64,000 bases of DNA, taken from contig NC_068983.1 in NCBI RefSeq assembly GCF_001194135.2, positions 93,764,021 to 93,828,020 of the forward strand, read 5' to 3'. The DNA is from Octopus bimaculoides (taxonomy: Eukaryota). Below are positions 51,601 through 64,000 of this stretch, piece after piece; the first letter of the stretch is position 1; each line of letters begins with the position of its first letter. Below the pieces are notes generated by a model. The model worked only from the letters and a program-made list of their open reading frames with translations. It did no database searches and had not been told where the DNA came from. The translations under genes were made by a program, and so were the position numbers.

Positions 51601-51834
51601 AAAATTGTTGTTGTTGTTGTTGTGGTGGCGACGGTGGCAGTGGTGGTGTCATCGTCGTCGTCAACATAAAATGTTTTCAACAGTTTTATGTGAGTTTCTG
51701 CTGCACCAAGAGCACCTCCATGTTGCATTGTTTCCTGGAAATGTAGAATTGTGATTGGATACTACTTCAGTTTTGGGGTGTTTGGGTTAGTGATTCTGGT
51801 GTGACTTTAGTGTTTTATTTATTGTTTAGATCAT

Positions 51835-52250
51835 GTGGTCCTTGGGAGTCCATATAAGATTTTGCTGTAAAAATTTATCTGCATTAAATTGGTTATACTT
51901 CTACAATACACAAAATATTTTGACAACTTTTTTTACACTGTTCCTAATAACTGGCCCTCTGTCAGCTATGACAATGAGTGTTCCAGTTGATTTGATCAAT
52001 GGAACAGCCAGCTCATGAAATTAACATGCAAGTGGTTGAGTACCCCACAGACTTGTGTACCCTTAACGTAGTTCTCAAGAAGATTCAATGTGACAAAGCT
52101 GGTCCTTTGAATTAGAGGTACTACTCATTTTTGCCAGCTGAGTGGATTGGAGTAACATGAAATAAAGTGTCCAAATGGCTAAGAGGGTCCATCTGAGAAA
52201 AAAGAGAATCAAAGGGATCCATAGGCAAAAAATGGTTGAGAAAAACTGGC
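51835..52250. mobile_element. hAT-like MITE interrupted by a SINE (~51950-52170)
   Basis: GTCCATATAAGATTTT and GGATCCATAGG...AAAAATGGTTGAGAA match the 59481 MITE; interior matches the 43331 SINE. Confidence 0.6.
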
Positions 52251-52609
52251 TTTTGTGTTTGACATATGCTGTGTGATTGGAGTTATGTGTTTTAGTGTCA
52301 GGAGGTGATTGAGTAAAGCATATTGTACAGTTTGTGCAAAAATTAATGGGTTGCAACTGTGTAGAATAGGAATTGTGTGAGTTGTTGGTGTTTTAGTATA
52401 AGTATTGGTTTGTAGAAGTTTGCATCGTGTTATTTTACTGAATGATCGTGGTGTAGAGCATGTACTGTGTGCAGAGTGTACTGTTTCAGTTATGCTATGA
52501 AATTAAAAGTGTTTTGCATAGAATGTGAGCTGTGCCTAGAAGAGCTATCTTTTAGAGTGTGGAACATACTGAACTCTGTTAAGGTTTGTATGGTTTTGTC
52601 TTTATATTA

Positions 52610-53020
52610 CTTGTTTCAGCCATTTGACTGTGGCCATGCTGGGGCACAATGTTGAATGGTTTTAGTTAAACAAATCGACACCCTGGATCTCCTTTTTTTT
52701 TAAGCCTAGTACTTATTCTTTTGGTCTCTTTTGCCAAACAGCTAAGTTATGAGGACGTAAACACACCAACACCAGGTTGTCAGGTGGTGGTGGTGGTGGG
52801 AACAAACACAGACACAAAGACACACACACATAGATATATACATACAAATATTTAGATAGATACAATAGGCTTCTTTCAGTTTCCATCTACCAAATCCACT
52901 CACAAGGCTTTGGTTGGCCTGAGGCTATAGTAGAAAACACTTACCCAAGATGCCATGCAGTGGGACTGAATCCAGAACCATGTGGTTAGGAAGCAAGCTT
53001 CTTACCATACAGCCATACCT
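52610..53020 (-). mobile_element. full composite SINE (head, microsatellite, tail)
   Basis: reverse complement of 57720-58080. Confidence 0.8.
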
Positions 53021-53079
53021 GTGCCTAGTTTTGTTTTTTTTTTTTCTTATCATACCTAATATCAATTATTGTTTGTACT

Positions 53080-53620
53080 GTTTTTACCTTCGTGTTTCAA
53101 ATCCCACTAATTTCATTTTCAAGAAGTTTATCTACTTCTTTTCAGACAATACCTTGGTCAGAAGGAATCAAAATGTCTGTCACTATACAGCCATTTTCAT
53201 CCAAGCTTATGATATTATTACTGGATAGTTTGTCTTGATCTCCTTATCAGTCTGGACAAGCATATCTCAGATAATTGTCATGTGCTATGTTTGGAAGATG
53301 TTTATAACACCACTTCATATCCATTTTCATGTCAGTGTGTCAGCATATTGCCAAATAGACATAGTTGTCCACTCAGTCATGTCTGTGAATATTCTTGAAC
53401 TTGACAAAGACCTGGGCAGGCTGAGATGATATGGTCAATTATCTCATTGTACTTGTTGAATCGTCTGGTGTGTTTACATCATTTTATTTTTAATAGTTGT
53501 TTGTGTCTAGGTATTAGTCTTAAGAAGCTAAAACCAGACCTTCAGTTTCTGCTTTTAGTCCAGAGCTTTTAAGTTACTGTTAGCTTACTTCCTCTTTGTC
53601 AAGTTTTGTAAGGTATTAAC
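53080..53620 (-). pseudogene. R4/Dong-like LINE zinc-knuckle / REL-endonuclease fragment
   Basis: minus-strand EIIDHIISACP, YIHRHD*V, DILIPSD...KEVDKL. Confidence 0.7.
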
Positions 53621-53889
53621 AATGAAGTAGGTTATTTTTTTTATCTTCAGTTTTTCTTTAGTTTATTTTAGAATACTGATGTGATATTGTCATTTGCTTT
53701 TTTTTTTTTTACCTTTCTTGTTTTGTCCTCTTTCAAATCTTACTTCAGTTCAAGTTTATACCTCATTGTTTCTTTATGTATAGAAAATTATTATTGTCAT
53801 TGTTGTTATTCTTATCATCATCGTCTTCATCGTTGCCATTGTCATCATCATCATCATCAAAACTATTGCATGCTATGTTAGCAGGGATG

Positions 53890-54600
53890 TTATCTTGATG
53901 TTTGGTGCCAATAAGTCTCCTCAAATCTCAAGAATTTTTCTTAAAATTTTTGCAGAATGCAAGTTGGTACTTTTCTGTAATTCTACAGTGTATCTCAATT
54001 CCAATACCATTCAGCCTCTTAGATATGAGTTTGGGTTTTGTGTCAAGTGCATAAATTACCACAAGAATAATTGTCATCTTAGCCTTCCACAATCTCTTCA
54101 TCTCTCTCTGGCTAGGTCCTGATAATTCTCATTTTTCTCGATGTCTTTGTTATCCATTCTATTATCAAATGGCATTGCAAAGTCTATGATCCCACACTGT
54201 GGTTTTTATTTTTTATTGCATTTTATTTATTTAGTTATTGTCTTCTACAATCATATTTGGTCTTCTTGCTTAAATAGTATAGAAATTCCATAAAATTCTG
54301 TAATTATTATTCTGTTATCACAGCCTCTGGCTTGTGTTCATAACACTTTTTTCCTACTTTGAATTCACATAGTTAATATCCCAATGCACTCTTTCACCAA
54401 TACAGTTGTACCTGCACTTATATTGTTTTTGTGCTAGCTTACTGCATTCATTTAAGGAATGTTTAATACATTCATCTCCTTTCCCATAGATTCTGTGTTT
54501 GCTCTCTGATTAAATTTTATCAGTCTTTGTCAAGTTCATCCTAATGACTTGCTCATAGGTGGCTATAATTAGTGACTGAGTTTCTTGCTTCAGGTTTCAG
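53890..54600 (-). pseudogene. R4/Dong-like LINE REL endonuclease and 3' end
   Basis: minus-strand CGIIDFAMPFDNRMDNKDIEKNENYQDLARE...KRLWK...LQKS...SAKILRKILEI*. Confidence 0.8.
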
Positions 54601-54654
54601 TCAGTCAGCTACAACCAAGTGTTCCTTACTTCCTTGGTTACATTAATTGGCCAT

Positions 54655-54655
54655 G

Positions 54656-54692
<37 letters not shown>

Positions 54693-54735
54693 GCTGCTGC
54701 TACTTCTGCTGCTGCTGTTGCAATGACTGCTACTA
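54655..54735. repeat. (CTA)n/(CTG)n microsatellite
   Basis: directly visible. Confidence 0.9.
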
Positions 54736-55854
54736 CTCATACAAGCATGGTAAAATGGACATAAAATTGATGATAATGATTTGGTTGTTTTTGGTTCTGA
54801 ACAACTCCTGACATAAAACAAAGTATGGGGCCACAAATTGTTTATATGAAATTTCAGAAATGTTGTTCATCAATCTGTTATGTGTGGTGACAGGAGAGCA
54901 CTTATTTTGACTTGAATGAATTGAGTGGTGTATGATTTCCTGACAGAATCAGTTCAAGTTCAGAAGTAAAAGACATTTTTGACTTGTTGATCATCAAAAT
55001 TCATCTACACAGTCTGCAGACAGTTTGTATAGATATGTGGAGAAAAATGTATGGTAAGAATTGGTTGGGCAGAAGTCCAAAATCTTGTGAATTAAGCTAA
55101 CAAGCATTGAAATAAAGAAAAATATTGGCTGACAGCTTGTAAATACTTAGAGTTGGTTCTTTACTGGGGTTATTGTTTAGAAATACAAATAAATATATTG
55201 ATCTTTATAACCTGTTGTAATAGTGCAAAAAAATGTTTTGAGTGATAATAAATTTGCTATGAAATGATAACAATTAAAATGGTGTAGTATGTAGTAAAAT
55301 GTTAATATAGAAAATTTAATCTATAAAGCTTAAATACAGAATGAATGGTTGACAGAAAATGGTTTAGTAACATGGGTTATGAAAAGGTTAAAATAAGAAA
55401 CTCTCCTTTCAGAAAAATGGTGGAGAAATTTGAAATAAAATCCAAAATTACTTTCTTTCATTTATATATAAAAACCAAAATAATTCCCCAAAATCTAATG
55501 TTTTTCATTGTTCAGTAAATAAATATGTAATGTATTATGTTTTACTACAATATGAATAATTGTAATGTAAGTTGTCTAGGTTGTCTTTTTATAAAGTCAT
55601 AGACACAAGTGCCTATGCATACAGCTAAGATAATGGACTGGAACTTATTATTGCCAAGGAAAGTTCCTCTAGAAGCAATGTTATTTCAAAATAGCATTTT
55701 GTATGTCTTACTCAATGTGGATATATCGTAGAAAGCCACACAACTGTGGCATTCATCTTGAGAAAGCATCTCCTATAAGCATTTAGTGCAGACAAAATTC
55801 GTTCCACCCCTATATAGATCATATTAATTGTTTTTTATTCTATGTAGGTGCAGG

Positions 55855-56190
55855 TATGATTGTGTAGTATGAAGTTTATTTTCTAATCGTAATTCTGAGT
55901 TCAGTCCCACTACTTGGCACTTTGTGCAAGTGCCAACCTTGTGAGTGGATTTGGTAAACAGAAACTGAACAAAACTTGTCATATACGTGTGTGTGTGTGT
56001 GCACGAGCATGTGTCTCTGTCTTTGTGTTTGTTCTCCACTACCACTTGACAACCAGCATTGGTTTGTTTATGTCTCCATAACTTAGCAGTTCCACAAATT
56101 GCGATTGATAGAATATAAGTACGGGGTCAATTTGTTTGACTAAATTTTTCAAGTTTGCAATCCAATGATTAAAACAGGTAAAAGATAAAG
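55855..56190 (+). mobile_element. composite SINE
   Basis: head ...GAGTTCAGTCCCAC, internal (GT)n, tail CCACTTGACAACCAGC. Confidence 0.7.
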
Positions 56191-56359
56191 GGTAAATCAT
56201 ATATCATACGACAACATACATTTATACAAGAAACTGTCCTTTATACTAGGTTTTAATGTCATCATGTGGCTATTCACATCTGTCAAATAAGTATTTTTTA
56301 ATATTGCAACCTTTAATTTGATATTTTAACAAACAGACTTTCATTAGCTATATTATGCA

Positions 56360-57545
56360 AGCTGTCCAAAATCTGTGCAGAAGCCTCCATTTTTGAGGAC
56401 ACATGTTTCAAAAGCTCTAACTTTCTTCTAATATTTTTTTACTTTTTACTCAACTGAGTTAACCTGACCCAGTAAATGAAAAGGTACACTGTAATCGTTG
56501 CCTTAAAAGTGCATCATAATGATACAGAGATAGTTTGTTTCCTTCGTTGTCAGAATTCAAAAGAAGCTGGAAGATGCTGATTGAGATACAACATCAGCAG
56601 TTAAAGGCATACACAGAGTCCTAACTCTATCAGAACTCATAACTTAGTACAAAATGTTCAAGAAATAATCAGAGCCATTGCAAGGGCTTTGAGGTTCCAG
56701 AATTCTCCAATCAGAAGAGTTGTGCATGAGGGCATCTGGTACAAGTTGTATGTGATGCAGAGAGGTCACTTTATGTTGGTTATAACAAGAATGAATCATT
56801 TGATCCATGGAAAGTGCTTACTAAACAAGTTAAAACACCAAGAGGCTGAAATGCTTTGGTTTTACACCAATGAGAGAAACTTCAATGGGGACCAAAAAGT
56901 AAACTGAACGAACAACAGATAGTTGTGCAGACCTAAATAAGGTTCCAACAGCCATGCATACAATATTATCAACAACTCTAATGCTTCAGAGAGTCATCAG
57001 CAATGAGGGAGATGTCATATCTCTTCACTTGTATTCACAGAGCTTAAGAGTCAGTGCCACTGTCTACGCAGAAGTGTTGGAGAATGATGTGAAGCCCTGG
57101 ATAGACAGAGTACACAACGGAAGACTGTACTTCTCATAAGACTAGGACAACCCAAGCATGAATGTGTGGCAATCTCCATAATCATATTCTCCCAGACACA
57201 TGGCCTCCTAGCTCACCTCATCAGACTTCAATCGACTTAACTATTATATATAGGCCATAGTTGAGAGAGAGGTCAATCAACACACCTATAACACTATACA
57301 ATTTCTCAAGTCTGCCATAACCAGCACCATATTTGAAATTGGTAAAGCTCATCTGATTCAGACATGTCAGCACACCCACTGCTGTATTGAAGCAGCCATT
57401 GGTGTTGGTGGAGTCATTGAATAGTGTAGTAAAAGGGTTCTCAAGATTATTTTTACCTATTTGCTTTCAAATACAGCTTTTCTTTGATGAGTTATGTGCC
57501 TTGTTCTTAACTTATACGAATGACGTCAAGAAACTGATGCACCCT
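56360..57545 (+). mobile_element. decayed Tc1/mariner-superfamily transposon (maT/DD37D-like, inferred)
   Basis: MLWFYTNERNFNGDQKVN (WFFSDEK-like), VISNEGDV...VKPWIDRV, TWPPSSP..DFNRLNYYI; 3' end GCACCCTGTA. Confidence 0.8.
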
Positions 57546-57546
57546 G

Positions 57547-57588
<42 letters not shown>

Positions 57589-57632
57589 CCTATCTGTCTA
57601 TTTATCTATTTGTCTATCTATCTATCTATCTA

Positions 57633-57677
<45 letters not shown>

Positions 57678-57719
57678 NNNNNNNNNNAAACTCGTTGTAT
57701 ATATATATATATGTATGTA

Positions 57720-58080
57720 GGAATGGCTGTGTAGTAAGTAGCTTGCTTACCAACCACATGGTCCTGGGTTCAGTCCCACTGCATGGCACCTTGGGCAAGT
57801 GTCTTCTACTATAGCCTCAGGCCAACCAAAGCCTTGTGGGTGGATTTGGTAGACAGAAACTGGAAGAAACTCGTTGTATATATATATATATGTATGTGTA
57901 TGTATATGTTTGTGTGTCTGTCCCCCCAGCATCGCTTGACAACCGATGCTGGTTTGGCAAAAGAGTACGATAGAATAAGTACTAGGCTTACAAAGAATAA
58001 GCTGTGGGGTCGGTTTGCTCGACTATACAGCTGGTGCTCCAGCATGGCCGCAGTCAAATGACTGAAAGAAGTAAAAGAGT
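57720..58080 (+). mobile_element. young composite SINE
   Basis: GGAATGGCTGTGTAGTAAG...GGGTTCAGTCCCACTGC...CAGCATGGCCGCAGTC. Confidence 0.85.
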
Positions 58081-58499
58081 AAAAAGAGTATATATGAGGT
58101 AGTTTTGGTGAAGCATCGTGAGGTATAACTTTAAATAAAATTGTTGTGTAAGTACCTTTTTGCCTTACACAACAACCTTCTTTAATATATGTTACACAGA
58201 CACATGCACATGCACACAGTACACACACACACACACATACACACACATACACACACATACATATGCATATATATTATGAGTATGTGTGTTTCTATTTCTC
58301 ACTACTTGATAACTGGCTGGGTTTGTTTACATCCATGTAGCTTAGCAATTTAGCTTAAATGTAACTGATAGAATAAGAATCAGGTTTAAAATAAGTACTA
58401 GTCGGGTAAAGAGAGTTTTCGATTGATTAAAACTATTCAAGGTTTTTAATTGAGCAAACCCCTGCTGTAGTTTAATGATTGAAACAAATATAAAAGGAA

Positions 58500-58920
58500 T
58501 AAAGGGGCAAAGCAAACAGACCAATCATTCAAATCTCAGTAGAAGCAAACAGGCTTTTCATTGTCTGTTTTATAGAGGCAAACAGACCTTTTGTTGTCTT
58601 TTTTATGTAGGCAAACCTTTTGTTTTCTGTTTAATATAGGCAAACAAACTTTTAGTGTCTGTTTTATTATAGGCAAACAAACCTTTCATTGCTTGTTTTA
58701 TATATACAAACAAACCTTTTATTGTCTGTTTTATAAAGGCAAACAAACCTTTCATAGTCTTTGTATATAGGCAAACCTTTCATTTTATGTATACAAACAA
58801 ACCTTTTATTGTCTGTTTTATATAAACAAATAAAACTTTCTTCATCTGTTTTATATTGACAAACTATTCATTGTTTTATATAAGCAGGCCTTTTGTTAAC
58901 AGACCTTTTGTTAACTATTT
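58500..58920. repeat. ~33-34 bp minisatellite (AGGCAAACAAACCTTTTATTGTCTGTTTTATAT)
   Basis: about 10 visible units. Confidence 0.85.
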
Positions 58921-58989
58921 TATGGAAGCAAATAGTTCAAATAGTTTTAATTTATACTTTTTAATATATATATCTTTTATTTTTTATTT

Positions 58990-59335
58990 GCTTCAGTCAT
59001 TGAACTGTGGCCATGTTGAGACATCACCTTGAAGGCTCTAGTTGAACAAATTGACTCCAATTTGTTTTTTTAATATTTATTCTTTTGGTCTCTTTTTGGT
59101 AAACCACTAAGTTACAGGAATGTAAACAAACTACCATTGGTTGTCAAGCAGTGATAGGAGACAAACACAAGCACAAATACACACACATATACATATATAT
59201 GTGTATGTATGTATACAATTGACTTCTTTCAGTTTCTAGTTTCTGTTTTACCATATCCAGTCACAACAGTGGGACTGAACCCAAGACCACATGGTTGGGA
59301 AGCAAGTTTCTTGACCACACAGCCACATCTGCATC
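58990..59335 (-). mobile_element. composite SINE
   Basis: reverse complement of the 57720 family. Confidence 0.75.
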
Positions 59336-59480
59336 TATATTCACTTTTTATTATTATTATTTTATTTGAGTGATTGTTGGGCCCATGGCCTTTTCAGGTT
59401 ACTCCCAGACTAATGAAGTCAGTGTACTTGATTTTCTGCTTGAAGTTTTAAAGATCAGTTTCTGCAGGGAGACTGTAGAC

Positions 59481-59782
59481 CAGTGGTTCTCAATCAGGGT
59501 TCATATGGTTCCTCAGGGTCCATATAAGATTTTTAGGGGCTCACACAACAAAATAGTAAATTGGGGATCCACAACAGTGTTTTAAGGACCCCGAAAAAGC
59601 TTTGTTTTAGATGTATGTATTAATATGTATTGCAAGAAACAACTTTCTCTAACATTTTATAAAGTTCAACCTACACAAGTTATTGTATGAAAAACAAACT
59701 AGGAATTTTGAAAGATGTTTCTATAAAACCAGTTTTAATATGCAAAAGGGGTCCATCGATAAAAAAATGGTTGTAACCCCTG
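59481..59782. mobile_element. hAT (Charlie-like) MITE
   Basis: ends CAGTGGTTCTCAA / TTGTAACCCCTG; 8-bp flanks CTGTAGAC / TTCTAGAA resemble the NTCTAGAN target preference. Confidence 0.7.
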
Positions 59783-60159
59783 TTCTAGAATGTCATGCTA
59801 AAAATATACAATCACATCATCAAAATCTCAAAGTTACATGATTAATTCAAAACTAGTTTTTAAACACTGAATGTCTTGACAGGGGGCACCAGTATAAAAT
59901 AATAATCAAAGGGATCCATAGATAAAAGATGGTTGTGAACCCCCTGCAAGAGACAAAGACAGAATTCAGAAAGAATTGCAATCATGGCAGGATGTGATTG
60001 AGCACAATGATTAATGTAAGGCTTATTGGAGGAAAACAGGTTAAGTGCATGAGCTGGTGTGGTTTGTGACTGCCTAGATTAGAGAAGATACAACATTTTA
60101 ATAATGATAGAAGTCACAGAGTAAAACGACTGTGTCTTCTTTTTTATATTTTATTCATT

Positions 60160-60545
60160 TCAATCACTGGACTGTGGCCATGCTGGGGCATTTCCTTGAG
60201 GTGTTTAGTCAAACAAATTGGCCCTAGTATTTACTTGTTAAATCTAATACTCATTCTATCGGTCTTCTTTTGCTGATCTTGGGACATTGGCTTATTTACA
60301 GAGATGTAAATAAACCAACACCGGTTGTCAAGCAGTGGTTGGGGACAAACACACACACACACACATGCATGTGTACACACACACACACACATAGTGGGCT
60401 TCCATACAGTTTCTGTCCTGTAAATTCACCCACAAGACTTTGGTCAACTTAGGGCTATAGTAAAAGGCACTTACCCAAGGTGCCACACAGTGGGACTGAA
60501 TTGAAAACCACATTGTTTCAAAGCAAACTTTTTAACTACACAGCT
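60160..60545 (-). mobile_element. composite SINE
   Basis: reverse complement of the 57720 family. Confidence 0.8.
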
Positions 60546-60599
60546 ACGTCTGTGAACCTGTGATTCTAATGTGTTGCTGAGGGAGTCTTTGAGTGGTTA

Positions 60600-60820
60600 C
60601 AGTGCATTGATGAGCAAATTTTTGAGTAATTGAAGTGTGTTGGCTAGAGAATCCTTGCTAATTAGTTAAATAGCGTTCCATTAGATGTTGTCTCCGATGT
60701 TTGTATGTATAGTAACACTGCAGCAGCACTATTTCAGATATCACAACAGTACTCAAATGTGTCTTTTATGTTAAAGTACAACTTACAATATCATGGTTTT
60801 GTTGACTGATGCTAATTTGT
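60600..60820 (-). pseudogene. possible CR1/Jockey-group LINE RT C-terminal remnant
   Basis: minus-strand FEYCCDI*NSAAAVLL (LEYCSHIW-like). Confidence 0.4.
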
Positions 60821-61839
60821 CATGTCCACATTGAATGAATTTGGGAGGAAGTTTTAAAAAATTAATTACTGAAATGTTTTCCTCCCTACGTATGCAACTA
60901 CAGGACTGATATTTACATTAATTGGGACTGGCTATATACATTAGTAGGGTGTTTTGTTTGTCTTTCTTTTCTATATCAATCATTTCTTTGCTTAAGTTAT
61001 CAATCTTCCATGAGTGTTGGCTTCTGTCATTCTTCACAGTTTAATCAGTAAGTAAAATGACCCAAGTTGCACTTCTTCTAATGTTTAGCTTTTAGAAATT
61101 TATTTGCTTGTTTATTCTTCTGTACTGAATCTCTCTACCTTACAATAAACTGCTTTTGTTTTTTCTTCTTTTATTTATTTATCTAAGGTGGACTATAATA
61201 GCATTGGCTGCCTTTAGAATAAACTTGTCATTCAAAAACCTTTCCTCATTTTCTGATATTAATGTTATCATCATCCTCGTCATGGTATTTGTCGTTGTCA
61301 TTAACATCACTGTCATCATCATTATTGTCGTCGTTGTTGTTGTCATCATCATCCTGTCATCATCGTTATTATTGTTATCATCATTTCAAATGTTCAACCT
61401 CTCTATCTCTGATGGTCTCTCATCATAGCCCAGAACATTGTCATCCCCCAAAACTAGGCTTCCCGTTTAGAGCCACAAAATTCTTCAGCACTGATCAGAT
61501 TCTGGCTGGTGCTGTGGAATTCACGAAGATTTACAGTGTTAATTTCAATTCCTCTGACAAGAAAAGTTGCTTGCAATAGACAGAATCGACCCTATCTAGG
61601 AGAAAGTATGTTTCTCATTTACTTAGTACTCTCCTGTTATTTGGGAAAATATTAGATTAGTAATGCTACATCAGACTGGGTGACCATTGACAGCAGAAAG
61701 CCTTTCTTGTACCTTTTAACCCTTTAATACTTAAAGTGGCCACAACCAGCCCAAATATTCTACTTGTTTTATGTTCAAACCAGCCAGATCTGGTTTCTAA
61801 CACCTACCCTACAATGTCATTCTAAAAATAAACAATCAT

Positions 61840-62290
61840 CATCATTATCATCATTTAACGTCTGCCTTCCATGCTGGCATGGGTTGGATGGTTTAACAGA
61901 AGCTGGCCAGGTAGATGACTACACTAGGCTGCTGTATCTGTTTTGGCAGAGTTTTTATGGCTGGATGCCCTTCCTAACACCAACCACCCCACAGAATGGA
62001 CTGAGGAATTTTTAGGCAGCACCAGCACAGGCAAGGTCAGTTTTGACATGGTTTATACAGCTGGATGCCCTTCCAAATGCCAACTACTTCACAATGTGGA
62101 CTGGATGCTTTTTACATGGCACCAGTACTGACAGTGTCACCAAGTAACTTGCAAGACAAGGAATTTTGGGAGAAGAGGGGCATTGGAGGAAGTGATCTTC
62201 AGTCAGATGATGAAAGGTGTGTGACAGAGAGACAGAGAGGGAAAAACAGGTGTCTTGCTGTAGAGGAGGTACATGGTTATCATATCATTG
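61840..62290 (-). mobile_element. RTE-tail element
   Basis: (CAT)n TTTAACGTCTGCCTTCCATGCTGGCATGGGTTGGATGG. Confidence 0.75.
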
Positions 62291-62499
62291 AAATCTTAAA
62301 ACTCCAAGATAATGCATGATTAATTCAAAATAATGTGACTAAATAAGAATTACATTTGACAAATGCTAAATGGTTAGAGTTACAAATTTATGTTGAGTCT
62401 TGTCTCCTCTCCTATTACGATTTCATTCACATCAAGGATGCACTATAAAAATTCACTCCAATACTTCAGAAGAATGAAAGCCAAAGTTGATCATGCTGG

Positions 62500-62850
62500 A
62501 AGGCAGCTACTACAGACACAAATATCTGAGACCATATCCAAAAGAAGGCCATTTAATTGATTAGCAAAGCTTCAGACACCGTACTGCAGCCACTGGCTCA
62601 TAGATGTGTTGTTTCCTTTCTATGCCTTTTCTATGGCTTCTGCTACTCTGAACTAGCTATTTGTTTACTCTTCTACTTAGGCCTATCAAATACACCATCT
62701 TTCTTCTTTTCATCATCTCTACTATACTTCACTTCACACATTCTGTACCAAACACTCTACTCAATCATTTGTCTTAAAGGTGTAAACTTCAGGAATTCCC
62801 TACCTATCTATGTTTTTCTGGGTACATTGAACTTTTGAATACTCAAACTA
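62500..62850 (+). pseudogene. CR1/Jockey-group LINE 3' fragment
   Basis: IQKKAI*LI...LQPLAHRCVVSFLCLFY...SELA, typical of the end of LINE ORF2. Confidence 0.6.
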
Positions 62851-63724
62851 AGCACCAGTCACATCAATCTTATCTGTTTCAAGCTCTAGGAATTTGTCAA
62901 AGGTCTTAGATTTTCTCTTCATTTGATGAACTAATACTAAAAAGGATAGAGAGAGAGAAAGAGAGAGAGGTTTTTTTCCCCCCATCTAACAACTTTTCAT
63001 CAGGTTCTAAATAAACATTTATCACCAATGACATTAACAACTTTTACGTCAACTTTTTTCATCTCAGGCATAATGTTCACTGGTCCTATAGCTTAATTTA
63101 AACTTATGATATCAACCATTTCAATATTCAAAGTTATTCTGAATATTCAACAGCTTGGGAAACAGTATAGCTTGGATAAGGATCATTTCATCAGAAATTC
63201 TCCAACAACATCACAAAGTTAATTGCATGACTGCATGGCCACACTGTTGACCTTAGACCCTTTATCTTCATTCAATGTTTATCAGCTTTGAATTATATTC
63301 TTACTTTTTATATCACCTAAATTTTTCATTCATTTTTCATGCTGCTTCTCTTTATTATAAACTTTAGACAAAATAGTTACATATTCTCAAGATATTCTCT
63401 TGATATACCTAGTATATATTATCCTGGTGTGATACTGATTAGGATATTTTTTCAACATAAATAATTATTTATTATTTGTTATTATAATAGTTAATTATAA
63501 TTAATGCTACTTATTTTCACATTAGATTACTGCTACAACTTACACTAATTGCAGTTTCTTGACCTTTAACCTAAATAGGACCCTCATATAATGTTTAGAG
63601 GGTGGGGTATATTTTTAACTGTAAAATGTGATATTTAGAGTTAAGATATTAGAAACTGACTATAAGATAATGGTCCTAGCTACCAGAAATGAGATATGAC
63701 TTGTGCAAACAATTATTTTAAAGA

Positions 63725-64000
63725 GTAGGACTCCCTTCATTCATGAATAACAGTGGGATTGCACCTAGAAAGTTACCTTCCAAGGCACAAGTCTGGGCAA
63801 GGTTGTTTATGGAAGGCCAGCAGTCACCCATGCATACTAGCCTCCCCTCTCCATGCCACCAATGTTATCCAAGGGAAGGACAAAGGCTAATACAGCTTGG
63901 AACTAATGATGGTACAACTCATTTCTACAGTGGAGTGAACTAGAGCTATGTAAAAATAAAGTGTCTTGCTCAAGAACACAACACATAGTCAGGTCTGAGA
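63725..64000 (-). mobile_element. SINE, same family as 45110-45450, runs off the window end
   Basis: collinear with 45150-45420. Confidence 0.75.

Noticed and set aside
54947-55053. Possible exon ag|AATC...TATG|gtaag with one open frame
   Set aside because: Weak acceptor, phases do not fit the TMEM245 phase-0 junction, and there is no recognisable homology.
57688-57900. Repeat of AAACTCGTTGTATATATATATATATGTATGT just after a 10-N gap and again at ~57868
   Set aside because: Most likely a contig-end or scaffolding artefact rather than a biological duplication.

Overview
AT-rich, repeat-dense eukaryotic scaffold with eight short N-gaps and no prokaryotic features. The SINE, MITE and LINE families and the (TA)n/(CA)n/(CAT)n load look like an Octopus (coleoid cephalopod) genome; this is inferred from repeat recognition. 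The only host coding sequence I can support is two phase-0 exons on the + strand (3094-3192 and 6832-6975), which match the C-terminal half of TMEM245. The rest of the window appears to be intron, with no further TMEM245 exon found in the 57 kb after 6975. It is filled with decayed transposons: mariner, Tc1-like (2), pogo, hAT, Helitron, RTE-, R4- and CR1-like LINEs, Penelope-like fragments, tRNA-derived SINEs and TTAA-flanked MITEs. Most ORFs in the supplied track are microsatellite or gap artefacts. The most notable signal is a type I minimal hammerhead ribozyme motif at 13057-13112. It is sense to the TMEM245 pre-mRNA, has a compensatory U3-A8 core and a palindromic stem III, and lies in a GC-rich, hairpin-rich, retrozyme-like element. 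A second, more decayed antisense hammerhead lies at 28343-28454. The intron also has many near-perfect inverted repeats (arms of 16-136 bp), which are candidate dsRNA or ADAR substrates. All calls were made by eye; boundaries of decayed elements are approximate.
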